This document shows positions 1 to 11,513 of a stretch of DNA of 64,000 bases, one piece after another (position 1 is the first letter of the stretch; each line of letters begins with the position of its first letter). Source of the stretch: an uncultured delta proteobacterium (GTDB lineage: Bacteria > Desulfobacterota > Desulfuromonadia > Geobacterales > DSM-12255). The stretch spans positions 1 to 64,000 of the forward strand of contig CAWBBV010000012.1 in the NCBI GenBank assembly GCA_963787125.1, in the 5' to 3' direction. The translations under genes were made by a program, and so were the position numbers. The notes beneath the pieces were generated by a model that had not been told where the DNA came from, did no database searches, and saw only the letters and a list, made by a program, of their open reading frames with translations.

Positions 1-1569
1 GTTTCAGGAACGCACTGGCAAGTGGCAAGTTGTCTTCAGGTGAATACAATATCGGTAGAGCGACAAACAAAGCTACTTTTAACCTTGGATATCCCCTCAA
101 AGATAAAACAGGAAAAGTGACTGCTGTCATTTGCGTTGGTCTCTTATTGGACTATTATCAGCAGATATTCGAATCCTATAAATTACCTAAAGGGGCGAGT
201 TTTGCGCTTATTGACCATAAAGGTATCATTCTGACCAGAGCCGTTGATCCGGTAAAATACATGGGTAAACCTTCGAATGCGGAGATATTCAAGCAAATGC
301 AGGAAGGGCCGGAAGTAGATACTTCTACAGGCACAAGCAGTGTTGCTGGTGATAATCGTATCCAAACATATCGTAAATTACGTCTTGAGGGTGAATCAAC
401 GCCTTATATGTATATTCGCGCCGGCATTCCAACAGCTGTAGTAATGTCAGAAACAAATAAAGTCCTTAGCAGAAACCTGATGATTTACACTGTTGCTTTA
501 ATTGCCGGGTTCTTTTTTTCATGGCTTATCAGCAAAAAAATATATCGTCGACAGGGTTCTTTTGCTGGAACGATCATCACAACGTCTGGCTGATGGTGAT
601 CTGGGTACCAGGGTTGCACATAAGGTCAGGGGAGGGGAACTAGGTACTCTTGGGCTGGCATTTGACAATATGGCTCAACGCATAGCCGATTATGTCAAAG
701 ACCTGCAACATAAGGCTGATGAATATCATGCAATTATTCAAGCAACTTCAGACGGCTTTAATATTTGTGATATCAGTGGCAAGATATTAGAAGCTAATGA
801 CTCGTATTGTAGAATGATCGGTTATGACATAACTGAGCTTATAACAATGAATATTGCTGATATCGAAGCCACTGAAAACCATGAGATGATACTTAATCAT
901 GTCACAAAAATTATTAAGACGGGTTCCGATTCATTTATATCAAGGCACAAACGAAAGGATGATACTGAGATTGATGTCGAAGTCACTATTACCTATCTGG
1001 ACAATTGTGGTGGACGGTTCTTTAGCTTTATTCGGGATATTACTGACAGGAAAAAGCTTGAAGTTGAGTTGGTGCGAGCGGCTACCTATGATAAGTTGAC
1101 AGGCGTTTTCAATAGAGGGTCAATTGAAGAAAAGATAGAGGCTGAATTGGAACGTGCCAAACGATATGGCAATACATTCTCGCTTATTATGTTTGATATT
1201 GATGACTTCAAGCATATTAATGATACTTTTGGCCATCATGTCGGTGATGATGTATTACAAGGTATCTCTGAAATTGTAAGCAAGAATATCAGGACTCTTG
1301 ATTCTATTGGTCGTTGGGGTGGCGAGGAGTTCATGGTGCTATTGTCAGAAACCGCTGCTTCTGAGGGTGCAAGAGTTGCCGAAAAGCTTCGGGTAACTTT
1401 AGCAACTTATAAACCAATTGAAGCTCTTCATGTAACCGCCAGTTTCGGGGTAACATCCTACCAAGATAACGATACGCTTGATACAATGCTCAAAAGAGTG
1501 GATGACTTGATGTATTCAGCTAAAAAAAGCGGCAAAAATGGGATAGCCTTACCACCAAGCACTGATTAA
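1..1569 (+). pseudogene. Cache-TM-HAMP-PAS-GGDEF diguanylate cyclase, 5'-truncated by the window edge and frameshifted at the A7 run 534-540
   Basis: ORF 30..593 gives a Cache-like region and TM helix ending WLISKK. ORF 502..1569 continues KKYIVDRV into HAMP, PAS and a GGEEF domain. Removing one A from AGCAAAAAAATAT joins them. Confidence 0.8.
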
Positions 1570-1729
1570 GTAATACATGTTCCAAAATTGTAATGTACTT
1601 GGTAGTTTTGAGCCAATAACTAAAGCAGACTTTGTAGAGAGTATGTCTCTGCTTAGAAACTGCGCTGTGGACGCGTAAAGAAATGCATGAAATGTTGACT
1701 GATTAATAGATGATTTATAATGAAATGGT

Positions 1730-1965
1730 GATTCCACAGCTGCTTGTTGATAACCAGGCTCAAACTGTGGATAAGAGGTAAAATTCTTCACTAAAAGCTG
1801 ATGTTTTTCCGCTATGCCTACTATTTAATCATGCCGTGTAACTACCTGATTTATAGTGTCAATAGTAAATGTAAATCATGCAATAAAAAGATTTGCACAA
1901 GTACCGCAACTCAATTGGTTTCCAGCTTGTAATGAGCCGCAAAAAGTGGATAACTAGCTGAATAA
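1730..1965. promoter_or_regulatory. Cluster of DnaA-box-like 9-mers plus an IHF-like site between convergent genes
   Basis: TGTGGATAA perfect at 1766-1774. One-mismatch boxes at 1745-1753, 1891-1899 and 1945-1953. Two-mismatch boxes at 1730-1738 and 1957-1965. TAACTACCTGATT at 1839-1851 is one mismatch from the IHF consensus. Confidence 0.5.
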
Positions 1966-1999
1966 CTGGTTAATAATTACAATTTTAGTGTCTCTTTTG

Positions 2000-3418
2000 T
2001 CAAATAATGTACTTGTCAAGAAATGGCAGGGTGAAGTAGATGGTTGCGCCGCTGCCTACAGCTCCTTCAGCCCAGACCTCTCCTCTGTGGCGGGAAATAA
2101 TCCTTTGAACAGTGGCCAGGCCGATGCCGCTACCTTCAAACTCAATCCCATGGAGACGTTCGAAGACACGGAAAAGCCGCTCACTGTAAGCCATGTCAAA
2201 GCCAACCCCGTTGTCCTTGACGAAAAATGCGTCCTTACCGTTAACAGAGCACTTCCCAACCTGTATAACTGCGTTACAGCTAAGAGCTGTGTATTTCCAG
2301 GCATTGCCGATCAGATTCTCCATTACTAACTCTATAAGGGAAGGGTCACCCATTGTAAGTAATCGTGGGGCAATTTCAATTTTGACAGCTCTCTCAGGGT
2401 TAGACTTGTGGAATAGTTCGGCGGTTTTTTCTGCAAGCCTCGAAAGGTCGATTGTTACAAATGTAATTTTGCTTTGCGATACTCTTGAAATTGAGAGCAG
2501 ATCATCGATCATGCCACTCATTCTGCTGACCACTGTGCAGATCCTATTTAAAAATTCCTGACCCTCAGCGTTAAGGTTGCTGCTGTAATCTTCCAGAAGG
2601 ATATTAGTGAAGCCACTGATATGTCTGAGGGGAGCTCGTAAATCGTGGGAGATTGAATAACAAAAGGATTCCAGCTCGTTGTTTACCTCCTGAAACTGTG
2701 CGGTTCTCTCAATAACTCGCTGTTCGAGTTGACCGTTGAGTTGGTTCAGTTCATTTTCAGCCTTTTTCAGATCAGTTATATCCTTGTAGACAAGCACAAT
2801 TCGCTCAACCTTGCCAGTTGCATCGTTGATAGGCGCTGCTTCCACGTCAAAGACATGTCCCCGTACTTCCCACCCCTTTAAACTGGCTAAGCCATCATTT
2901 GTCAAAATGTTATGGGCGGCACAGAGTTCTTCCGAAACCATCCCGTTGCAGACGAGTTTATTGCAGAAATTGCCATAAATCTCACCGTCATTCAAGTCAT
3001 TGAAAAATATTGATCTCATCCTTTTGTTGCAAGAGATAATTTTAAAATCACGATCAACCACCATAATTCCAACTTGAGCAGAAGCAAAAATTGCGACTGA
3101 TTCGTCATGTAGCAGTTGGAGCTCGATATTTTTTTCCTTAAGGCTGGCAAGTATATGACGGAATGACTCAAAAATAATGCCGAGTGGGTCGAACTCCCTT
3201 ATATTGTGGTCGTCCAGTTCTTCTTCCCGTAGCGGTATGGTCCCCATGACGTCAAGCAGATGATTGACTTTTGCGCGGATATAACCGTTGCTTTGTCGTA
3301 ATTCGCCAGCAAGTCGCTCGTTTTCAGCCTTGAGTGCGGCCAGTTCATCAAGCAAGGCAATATCTTCACCTGGGAATGATTTCATTGCCGGTTTCACATC
3401 ACTATAGTAAGTTGCCAT
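2000..3418 (-). CDS. Cytoplasmic PAS-domain sensor histidine kinase
   Basis: H-box SHDLRAPL, N-box NLIGNAWKY, G boxes DNGVGF and GSGIGL; Cys-rich PAS; no TM helix. Confidence 0.92.
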   Translation of the reverse strand: MATYYSDVKPAMKSFPGEDIALLDELAALKAENERLAGELRQSNGYIRAKVNHLLDVMGTIPLREEELDDHNIREFDPLGIIFESFRHILASLKEKNIELQLLHDESVAIFASAQVGIMVVDRDFKIISCNKRMRSIFFNDLNDGEIYGNFCNKLVCNGMVSEELCAAHNILTNDGLASLKGWEVRGHVFDVEAAPINDATGKVERIVLVYKDITDLKKAENELNQLNGQLEQRVIERTAQFQEVNNELESFCYSISHDLRAPLRHISGFTNILLEDYSSNLNAEGQEFLNRICTVVSRMSGMIDDLLSISRVSQSKITFVTIDLSRLAEKTAELFHKSNPERAVKIEIAPRLLTMGDPSLIELVMENLIGNAWKYTALSCNAVIQVGKCSVNGKDAFFVKDNGVGFDMAYSERLFRVFERLHGIEFEGSGIGLATVQRIISRHRGEVWAEGAVGSGATIYFTLPFLDKYII

Positions 3419-3448
3419 CGTAAATCTCCCTGCCGATATTTTTTCACA

Positions 3449-3694
3449 CTATGCCTTGGACACTAAAATCTTGTAGTCGCTTTTGTCCTTCTGCACATCT
3501 ACCTTTAGTCCCATGTTGGTAGCTGCCGCTGGAATGGTATTAGTGCCATCTCGATTATCCGTCCTGAAAAGAAGTTTTACCTCGCCGTTATTAAGCGCCA
3601 GGATGTTGCGGTTTATTTCCCGCAAGGCGATCAAGAGAGTGGAAGGACAGATCTGTCCGCACATATCGAATTCAATGATCTGCTCGGTTTCCAT
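3449..3694 (-). CDS. TusA/SirA-family sulfur carrier (TsuB/YeeD-like)
   Basis: 81 aa with DMCGQICPST, a variant of the DxxGxxCPxP motif; next to a YeeE transporter gene. Confidence 0.8.
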   Translation of the reverse strand: METEQIIEFDMCGQICPSTLLIALREINRNILALNNGEVKLLFRTDNRDGTNTIPAAATNMGLKVDVQKDKSDYKILVSKA

Positions 3695-3741
3695 GTGAAA
3701 CTCCTTGGCTTACTCGGTAAGCTTATATTTGAGGGAGAGAT

Positions 3742-4851
3742 CTAATGAATTACATAGCTGGCGAGAAATTTCGCCCCAAGCCAGGCACCTGGAAATAGAC
3801 CAAAAACAAAAAGCATGCTTTGCAACGAGATTATCGGAAGTCCGCCTAACAGGTGCCACACGTTACAGCCTGCAGCCATTCTGGACGCAAGTCCCATCAA
3901 TATCCCCCCTGCTGCAGCCGACAGGTACTGGCGCAGTGGCAGTTTCCAACGGACTTTGAACTCTCTCAGTTGCAGGGCTGAGAGAGTGCTGCCAAAAATG
4001 ATGCCTAGAATCAGGGGAAACTGTACCAGCGCGATCGCATCTACTGCTTTACCTGGTCCTCCAATCAGTAGAGTTTCGGTGAACGGTCTGATGTACTTCA
4101 TTGGCATGACCTGAAAAAACTTCAGAGTAGCATAATGGTCCGGGCAAAAAGCGCCTTCCAGCACAGCCGCTGCCTTGGCATAAGACGACGTGATTCCAAG
4201 GGGCATGCCGATAGTTACGGATGAAATAAGGCCGATAAAGGCAAGCAGCAGAGCTGCAACCCAAGGTTGCAGCGAGCCTTCAGTATAGGTCTTGCGCACC
4301 CATAGACCTTGACGGTGAATCTTTATGAAAAGTGGCATACAAAGGATAACAAGACTAGCAATCAGGAGTGTCGGTTCAATGCCGACAACCTGAGCTAAAG
4401 TCACTTTTCCTTTAAGGAATGAGCTTGAAGCATTAATTGAGCTCCACCAGGGAAAAAGTTCGGCATAAATGGCGCTGCCGACTATCAGGCCGACTATTGT
4501 GACCAGGCTGGAGACGCTCCCAGCACCGGTCTTGTAAAGTGAACCGACGACGCATCCGCCGGCGAGCACCATGCCAATGCCGAATATCATGCCACCCAGG
4601 GGAGCTGTCAGTGAGGGCGAGCCGAGCAGCGGGAATGGATATAGTCTTAATAAGCCGCTTAATCTTGCAATTTCAAAGAGAGTCGCGCTGATAATTACCA
4701 GGAGTAAAAGAATCCGGAGCATGAAAAGCGATTTGAAGAGAAAAAGATCGCGGAAAATGCCGGCAAGGCAAAAATCAGAACGATGCATGATAATCCCTGT
4801 AGCAAAACCCAGCAAGAGACCGGTGATTAGCATGAACTGCGTGTTGCTCAT
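3742..4851 (-). CDS. YeeE/YedE-family sulfur-compound (thiosulfate-type) transporter
   Basis: Multi-TM protein with family motifs RSDFC, LAGGC and MAAGCN. Confidence 0.9.
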   Translation of the reverse strand: MSNTQFMLITGLLLGFATGIIMHRSDFCLAGIFRDLFLFKSLFMLRILLLLVIISATLFEIARLSGLLRLYPFPLLGSPSLTAPLGGMIFGIGMVLAGGCVVGSLYKTGAGSVSSLVTIVGLIVGSAIYAELFPWWSSINASSSFLKGKVTLAQVVGIEPTLLIASLVILCMPLFIKIHRQGLWVRKTYTEGSLQPWVAALLLAFIGLISSVTIGMPLGITSSYAKAAAVLEGAFCPDHYATLKFFQVMPMKYIRPFTETLLIGGPGKAVDAIALVQFPLILGIIFGSTLSALQLREFKVRWKLPLRQYLSAAAGGILMGLASRMAAGCNVWHLLGGLPIISLQSMLFVFGLFPGAWLGAKFLASYVIH

Positions 4852-5007
4852 GGGTGATGCTCCAGATATGGTTAGAATCCGCTTAACTGTAGCATCGAAG
4901 ATAAATTAAATCAAATTATCTTAGCTGTGTCAGTTTGGTTATGCGTGTCGGCAGGGTGTTTAAATGCAAACGTGGCTGTTTTTATTACGGACGATAAAGC
5001 TTTCACC

Positions 5008-5037
5008 TTGACAGCAATTTCCGGTGGTTGCTATTAT
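5008..5037 (+). promoter_or_regulatory. Putative sigma70 promoter for the cobO operon
   Basis: TTGACA-N18-TATTAT with TG just upstream of the -10. Confidence 0.45.
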
Positions 5038-5109
5038 GCTGAAGTTTTTAGTCTCGATAAAAATTCGTAAACAAAATGGTCATGGCTTGTTGACAAGATG
5101 GAGCATAAG

Positions 5110-5640
5110 ATGAAGCTTGAACGTGGTTGCGTCCAGGTTTACACTGGTAACTGCAAAGGGAAGACAACCGCCGCTTTAGGTCTTGCCCTGCGGGCGGTAG
5201 GGCGTGGCCTCAAAGTCATCATGATCCAGTTCATGAAGGGTGGCGGACCTTATGGTGAGCATATAGCGGCGCAAAGACTTGCTCCGGAGCTGACTATCAT
5301 TCCAACCGGCAGGGAAGGGTGGGTCAATAAAGACAATCCTGCCCAAGAGGATATCGACCTTGCTGTCAGTGCCCTTAAGCTTGCCCGGGAGAAGCTCCTG
5401 TCATGTGAGTATGACATGGTTATTCTTGATGAGGTGAACGGCGCTGTCGGATTTGGGCTCATACCGGTTGAGGAGTTGCTGGAGATTGTGAGACTCAGAC
5501 CTGAAAATGTTGAACTGGTGCTTACCGGCAGGGGGGCTGACCCGAAGGTTATTGAGGCTGCCGACCTGGTTACGGAGATGGTGGAGATTAAGCATTACTA
5601 CAAGGCTGGAGTCGCTTCCAGAATTGGAATTGAAAAATAA
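5110..5640 (+). CDS. cobO: Cob(I)yrinic acid a,c-diamide adenosyltransferase
   Basis: [15 protein letters not shown]-loop, ILDE, ELVLTGR, ADLVTEM...KH; GGAG RBS before ATG 5110. Confidence 0.95.
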   Translation: MKLERGCVQVYTGNCKGKTTAALGLALRAVGRGLKVIMIQFMKGGGPYGEHIAAQRLAPELTIIPTGREGWVNKDNPAQEDIDLAVSALKLAREKLLSCEYDMVILDEVNGAVGFGLIPVEELLEIVRLRPENVELVLTGRGADPKVIEAADLVTEMVEIKHYYKAGVASRIGIEK

Positions 5641-5651
5641 GGGGGCATTGG

Positions 5652-6050
5652 ATGGCTGAAAGAAAACTGAGGATACTGGTAGGCAAGCCTGGACTTGACG
5701 GGCATGACAGAGGTGCGAAGGTTGTTGCCAGGGCGTTTCGTGATGCGGGACTTGAAGTCATCTATACCGGCCTTCATCAGACTCCTGAGCAGATAGTTGC
5801 TGCCGCTATTCAGGAAGATGTTGATTGCATCGGTCTCTCCATTCTCTCCGGGGCGCATAATACTCTTCTTCCTCGTGTCTGTGCTCTTCTCAAAGAGAAA
5901 AAGGCAGAAGACATAGCCGTTTTTTGCGGTGGTGTCATTCCGGAAGATGATATCCCCGGCCTCAAAAGCGCCGGTCTGAAAGAGGTATTCACTCCCGGGA
6001 CATCGACCGAAGATATTGTTGCCTGGGTCAAGGCAAACATAGGTTGTTGA
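5652..6050 (+). CDS. Methylmalonyl-CoA mutase-type cobalamin-binding subunit
   Basis: [12 protein letters not shown] (DxHxxG) B12-binding motif. Confidence 0.95.
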   Translation: MAERKLRILVGKPGLDGHDRGAKVVARAFRDAGLEVIYTGLHQTPEQIVAAAIQEDVDCIGLSILSGAHNTLLPRVCALLKEKKAEDIAVFCGGVIPEDDIPGLKSAGLKEVFTPGTSTEDIVAWVKANIGC

Positions 6051-6054
6051 CGCT

Positions 6055-7017
6055 ATGGCCCTTGCTGAAAAAATACTGAGCGGCGATATTCGCGCCGCCG
6101 CCCGGCTGATGAGGGATGTGGACGACGGTTTCCCATCAGCACTCATTGAACTTAAGACCCTATATCCCCATACCGGCAACGCTTATATCCTTGGTATTAC
6201 CGGCCCGCCTGGAGCCGGCAAATCAACGCTGACCGATCAGATAACAGCTGAATTCAGAAGTTCAGGTAAAAGGGTCGGTATAGTTGCAGTTGATCCAACC
6301 AGCCCTTTTACCGGCGGTGCGATCCTCGGTGACAGAATCAGGATGAATCGTCATGCTGATGACGAAGGTGTCTTTATCCGTAGTCTTGCTACTCGTGGTG
6401 CCCTGGGCGGCATTTCAAGGTCCACCGGGGAAGTTGTTAATATTATGGATGCCATGGGGATGGATGTTGTCATCATCGAGACTGTCGGGGTCGGCCAGGA
6501 TGAAATTGATATCGTCAGGATGGCTCATACTACCGTAGTCGTTATGGTGCCCGGTCTAGGCGACGATATTCAGGCGATCAAGGCGGGTATTCTCGAAATT
6601 GCCGATGTCTTCGTAGTTAACAAGGCTGATCGTGAAGGTGCTGACAGAACGGTCCGTGAACTCTCCATGATGCTGGAAATGGGGAACCGCCAGGCTGGCG
6701 AGTGGCTGCCGAAGGTTTTGAAGACTGAAGCCAGCCGCGGGGTAGGGATAGCCGAGATTGTTGCCGAATTCGAGGAACACAGGAAGTATCTCTTTGCCTC
6801 AGGAGTCATTCACCGATTCATTGAAGAGAAAAACGCGGCTGTATTTACGGAGATGCTCAAGGAGAGACTGTTCAGAACGATCTATGACCGCCTGGTTGAA
6901 GACGGGAATATGAGCCGGATAGTTGCCGGAATGGCGACAAGGTCTGTGGACCCCTACTCGGCGGTTGATGAAGTTGTTAGCAACTCTCTTGTACAGCCCC
7001 TGTCAGCTGCCTGTTAA
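6055..7017 (+). CDS. meaB: Methylmalonyl-CoA mutase-associated GTPase MeaB/ArgK
   Basis: GITGPPGAGKST, GGAILGDRIRM, ETVGVGQ, NKAD. Confidence 0.95.
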   Translation: MALAEKILSGDIRAAARLMRDVDDGFPSALIELKTLYPHTGNAYILGITGPPGAGKSTLTDQITAEFRSSGKRVGIVAVDPTSPFTGGAILGDRIRMNRHADDEGVFIRSLATRGALGGISRSTGEVVNIMDAMGMDVVIIETVGVGQDEIDIVRMAHTTVVVMVPGLGDDIQAIKAGILEIADVFVVNKADREGADRTVRELSMMLEMGNRQAGEWLPKVLKTEASRGVGIAEIVAEFEEHRKYLFASGVIHRFIEEKNAAVFTEMLKERLFRTIYDRLVEDGNMSRIVAGMATRSVDPYSAVDEVVSNSLVQPLSAAC

Positions 7018-7868
7018 TGACGCGATATCAGATATACAGATTGCTGCAGGGGGCTGTTCTTCTGCTGATTATCTCTGCAATAACTCTCTACAATCCCTCC
7101 AATGCATCTGAGCCCGGCGCAAATCCTCTTGATCCTGCCAAAGAGGATCTGACAAGGGTTGAGTATCCCAGCCAGAAAAACATGAAGTGGCATGGACTGT
7201 TCATAAAGCCCAATGACACCCTTGAATCCATCTTCGGCAGGGACTGGCAGCTGGTTGCCAGATTCAACCGGATAGACAGGCGTCATGTTTATCCCGGAAT
7301 GACTATCAAGGTTCCGGACAACATGGATGACATCAGGAACTACTCCCCCTTGCCGACGGTATACGAACCTGCCAGGCGCCATGAAAAATATATTCTGGTG
7401 AGCTTGACAGAACAGTGGCTCGGGGCATATGAATATGGCAAGCTGAAGTTTTCGAATCCTGCGGCTACCGGGCGGACAGATTTTGAATCGCCAACCGGAA
7501 TTTTCAGAATAACCGCCCGCCACAAATATCATACGTCATCGCTTTATAAAACAGATGATGACGAAGAGCAGTATCCGATGGACAATGCGATGCGCTTTTA
7601 TATTGCCCCTGATGGAGTGGCTTACTGGCTTCATGCCCGCGACCTCCCGGGTCGCCCCGCTTCACACGGCTGCATAGGGCTTTTTGATGAGGTGATGCAG
7701 AACAGGATGTTTGATACTCCTGAAGACCCGGTATTAATGGATTCGCAGAAGGTTTACGCCTGGGCAGTGGGTGAGAGTGAGTATGAGGATGATACCGGTA
7801 ACCACGAAGAGCTGGAAGACGGGCCGGTTGTCGAGGTAATCGGCCAGAATCCGGTTTATAGAAAATAA
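7017..7868 (+). CDS. L,D-transpeptidase (YkuD/ErfK) with LysM-like region
   Basis: N-terminal signal/TM segment; catalytic H-x9-SHGC (LHARDLPGRPASHGC). Confidence 0.85.
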   Translation: MTRYQIYRLLQGAVLLLIISAITLYNPSNASEPGANPLDPAKEDLTRVEYPSQKNMKWHGLFIKPNDTLESIFGRDWQLVARFNRIDRRHVYPGMTIKVPDNMDDIRNYSPLPTVYEPARRHEKYILVSLTEQWLGAYEYGKLKFSNPAATGRTDFESPTGIFRITARHKYHTSSLYKTDDDEEQYPMDNAMRFYIAPDGVAYWLHARDLPGRPASHGCIGLFDEVMQNRMFDTPEDPVLMDSQKVYAWAVGESEYEDDTGNHEELEDGPVVEVIGQNPVYRK

Positions 7869-7942
7869 ACTAAGTGGTCAGTATTCAGAAGTCAGCATAA
7901 AAGCACTTCTACTGACTACTGTTCATCAAAAAAGGGGAAGAT

Positions 7943-8662
7943 ATGAAAAAAATACTTTTCGCCACTGCAGTATTCATAATATTCGCTGTTTCCCAGCTTC
8001 AGGCCGCATCCTTGGCTGCCAAGCCTGAAGCTGCCTTAAAAAAGGCATTTCCGCAAATCAAGATAGACAGTATCACTGCAAGTGAAATCAAGGGTCTTTA
8101 CGAGGTCGTTGCCGGACAGGATATTTTTTACTTTTATCCTGAAAAGGATCTGCTTTTAGTCGGTGAAATTCGTACTTTGACCGGACAGAACCTGACCGGT
8201 GAAAAGAAACGGGAATTAAAGACGAAACTTCAAGCAAAGGCACAGGAAAAGCTCAAGGATCTGCCACTTGACAAGGCCGTGAAAGTTGGCAACGGTCCCA
8301 AAAAGGTCATAGAGTTTACTGACCCGGATTGCCCTTACTGCCGCCGTGCATCGGAGGCGCTGAAGAGTCGAACAGATATTACCCGCTATGTATTTCTAAC
8401 GCCAATGGCGCACCCTAATGCCATCACCAAGGTTCATTACATCCTCAGCTCGAAGGATCAGGAGAGTGCTTATCACGAGATGATGGAGGGGAAACCACTA
8501 CCTGCAACTGCAACCGAATACAGTAAAGAGGTTAAAGCTCAAGCCGCCGAATACATGGAATTCGCCCGTACACTCGGTATTGACGGCACACCGACCTTCT
8601 ACATAAATGGTCAGATGGTTGTGGGAGCCGATATGGAAAGAATCAACGACTTACTGAAGTAG
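7943..8662 (+). CDS. dsbC: DsbC-family thiol:disulfide interchange protein
   Basis: Signal peptide, FTDPDCPYC, GTPT. Confidence 0.88.
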   Translation: MKKILFATAVFIIFAVSQLQAASLAAKPEAALKKAFPQIKIDSITASEIKGLYEVVAGQDIFYFYPEKDLLLVGEIRTLTGQNLTGEKKRELKTKLQAKAQEKLKDLPLDKAVKVGNGPKKVIEFTDPDCPYCRRASEALKSRTDITRYVFLTPMAHPNAITKVHYILSSKDQESAYHEMMEGKPLPATATEYSKEVKAQAAEYMEFARTLGIDGTPTFYINGQMVVGADMERINDLLK

Positions 8663-8764
8663 CACCGGCAGGGATTGTTCTTTCATTTTTCCCGCCCTGT
8701 GATATAAGGATTTGTAAATAAACTTTCATATATCTGTCCGTGGCGACAGAAGTTAAACTAATAA

Positions 8765-10066
<1,302 letters not shown>

Positions 10067-10095
10067 TAATTTTTGACCATATGTTAGCAAGCGAG

Positions 10096-10124
10096 TAGGC
10101 CGCCACATTGGCGGCCTATTTTTT
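10096..10124 (+). terminator. Rho-independent terminator after eno
   Basis: TAGGCCGCC-acatt-GGCGGCCTA followed by a T-run. Confidence 0.8.
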
Positions 10125-10161
10125 GAACTTTTTAAAACCATCTGGTTTCTGCGGAGGTATA

Positions 10162-10791
10162 GTGCAGGAGTTCTTAAGAGAGTATCTGGCTGTTCACGGT
10201 TATTGGGTTCTCTTTTTGTGGACATTCCTCGAAGGTGAGGCCGGACTTATCTTCGCCGGTTTTCTCGCTTTTGAAGGTTATTTTACACTGCCTGGTGTTA
10301 TGGCAACTGCCTTTGCCGGGGCTTTTTGTGGTGATCAGTTCTATTTCTATCTGGGCCGGATTAAAGGCAAATATCTCTTAAGTCATTCGCATTTTCTTGT
10401 TAAAAAACTCCGTAAAGGGCTGAAGCTTATAGAAAATTACGGCAATCTTGTCGCCTTTACCTCTCGCTTTACCTACGGTTTCCGCATTGTTCTGCCGATA
10501 ATTCTCGGGATGACGCCTTTCCCCGGCAGCAGATTTCTCTGGCTTAATATCTTAAGCGCTTTCAGTTGGTCGATAATTTTTACCCTTGCCGGGTACATTT
10601 TTGGTAAGAGCGCAACTCTGTTTGTCGGCTCTGAGGCCAAAAAATATGAGCACTATCTGTTTGCCATTCTGGCAGCAATTATTTTCATGATCTGGCTTGG
10701 ACATTTTTATCAGGCGTGGAGCAGAAGGAATCCTGCGAGAAAGCGGCTTAAAAGACTGAAAGAACATAAAAAAATCATAAAGCCGTTTTAA
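10162..10791 (+). CDS. DedA-family membrane protein
   Basis: FLEGE, GDQFYFYLGR, SRFTYGFR; GGAGG RBS before GTG 10162. Confidence 0.9.
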   Translation: MQEFLREYLAVHGYWVLFLWTFLEGEAGLIFAGFLAFEGYFTLPGVMATAFAGAFCGDQFYFYLGRIKGKYLLSHSHFLVKKLRKGLKLIENYGNLVAFTSRFTYGFRIVLPIILGMTPFPGSRFLWLNILSAFSWSIIFTLAGYIFGKSATLFVGSEAKKYEHYLFAILAAIIFMIWLGHFYQAWSRRNPARKRLKRLKEHKKIIKPF

Positions 10792-10856
10792 CGGTTGATT
10801 ATTGTTAGCCATTGTTTATATTAATTTGCTGTGACGATTTGTCGTAAGGGGAAGTT

Positions 10857-11513
10857 ATGGATAAAGTTTTGATTGTTGATGATAGCAAGGCTGCCCAGAC
10901 AGTTATTGCTGCTATTTTGGGTAAGGAATTTCTGATCGAATTAATGGATGACGCCATCTCAGCACTTGCAGCCATTGAATTGAGCCCCCCGGATATTATT
11001 CTGCTTGATGTGAATATGCCGATTATGGATGGTTTCGAAGCTTGTAGAACCTTAAAAAACAGCGAGAATACCAAAGAAATTCCGATAATTTTCATTACCT
11101 CTCTCGACTCTGAAGATGAAAGGGTAAAAGGTTTTGAGGCCGGCGCGGATGATTATGTTGTCAAGCCGGTACTCCCGCTTGAGCTACTTGCCAGGATCAG
11201 GGCACACTTGGGAGCGAGAAAATCCAGGCATGATGCTCTTGTGCTGGAGCGCATGACCGTCTTCAAGGAGATGACCGTGACACTCTGTCATGAAATTAAC
11301 AACCCGCTTACGACTGTGAACGCTTATCTTCATCTGTTGCTGCGGGAGGATACCGGTGAAAAAGTAAAAGAGATTGTTGCCGCAGTTCAGGTTGAAATAG
11401 GCAGAATAGCCGAAATCACCGCCAAGCTGTCGGAGGCTACATCTGTTGCAACAACCAGGTATCATCGCGATATCAACATGATTGATCTCAGCAGATGCAG
11501 TGGGGGTGAGTAG
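10857..11513 (+). CDS. Response regulator with a C-terminal HisKA-like helix pair and no HATPase domain
   Basis: Receiver (VDD, LLDVNMP, KP) followed by CHEINNPLT; ends without N/G boxes. Confidence 0.85.
   Translation: MDKVLIVDDSKAAQTVIAAILGKEFLIELMDDAISALAAIELSPPDIILLDVNMPIMDGFEACRTLKNSENTKEIPIIFITSLDSEDERVKGFEAGADDYVVKPVLPLELLARIRAHLGARKSRHDALVLERMTVFKEMTVTLCHEINNPLTTVNAYLHLLLREDTGEKVKEIVAAVQVEIGRIAEITAKLSEATSVATTRYHRDINMIDLSRCSGGE

Noticed and set aside
1570..1999. Chromosomal origin oriC
   Set aside because: No dnaA, dnaN, gidA or rpmH nearby and no clear unwinding element; kept only as a DnaA-box cluster.
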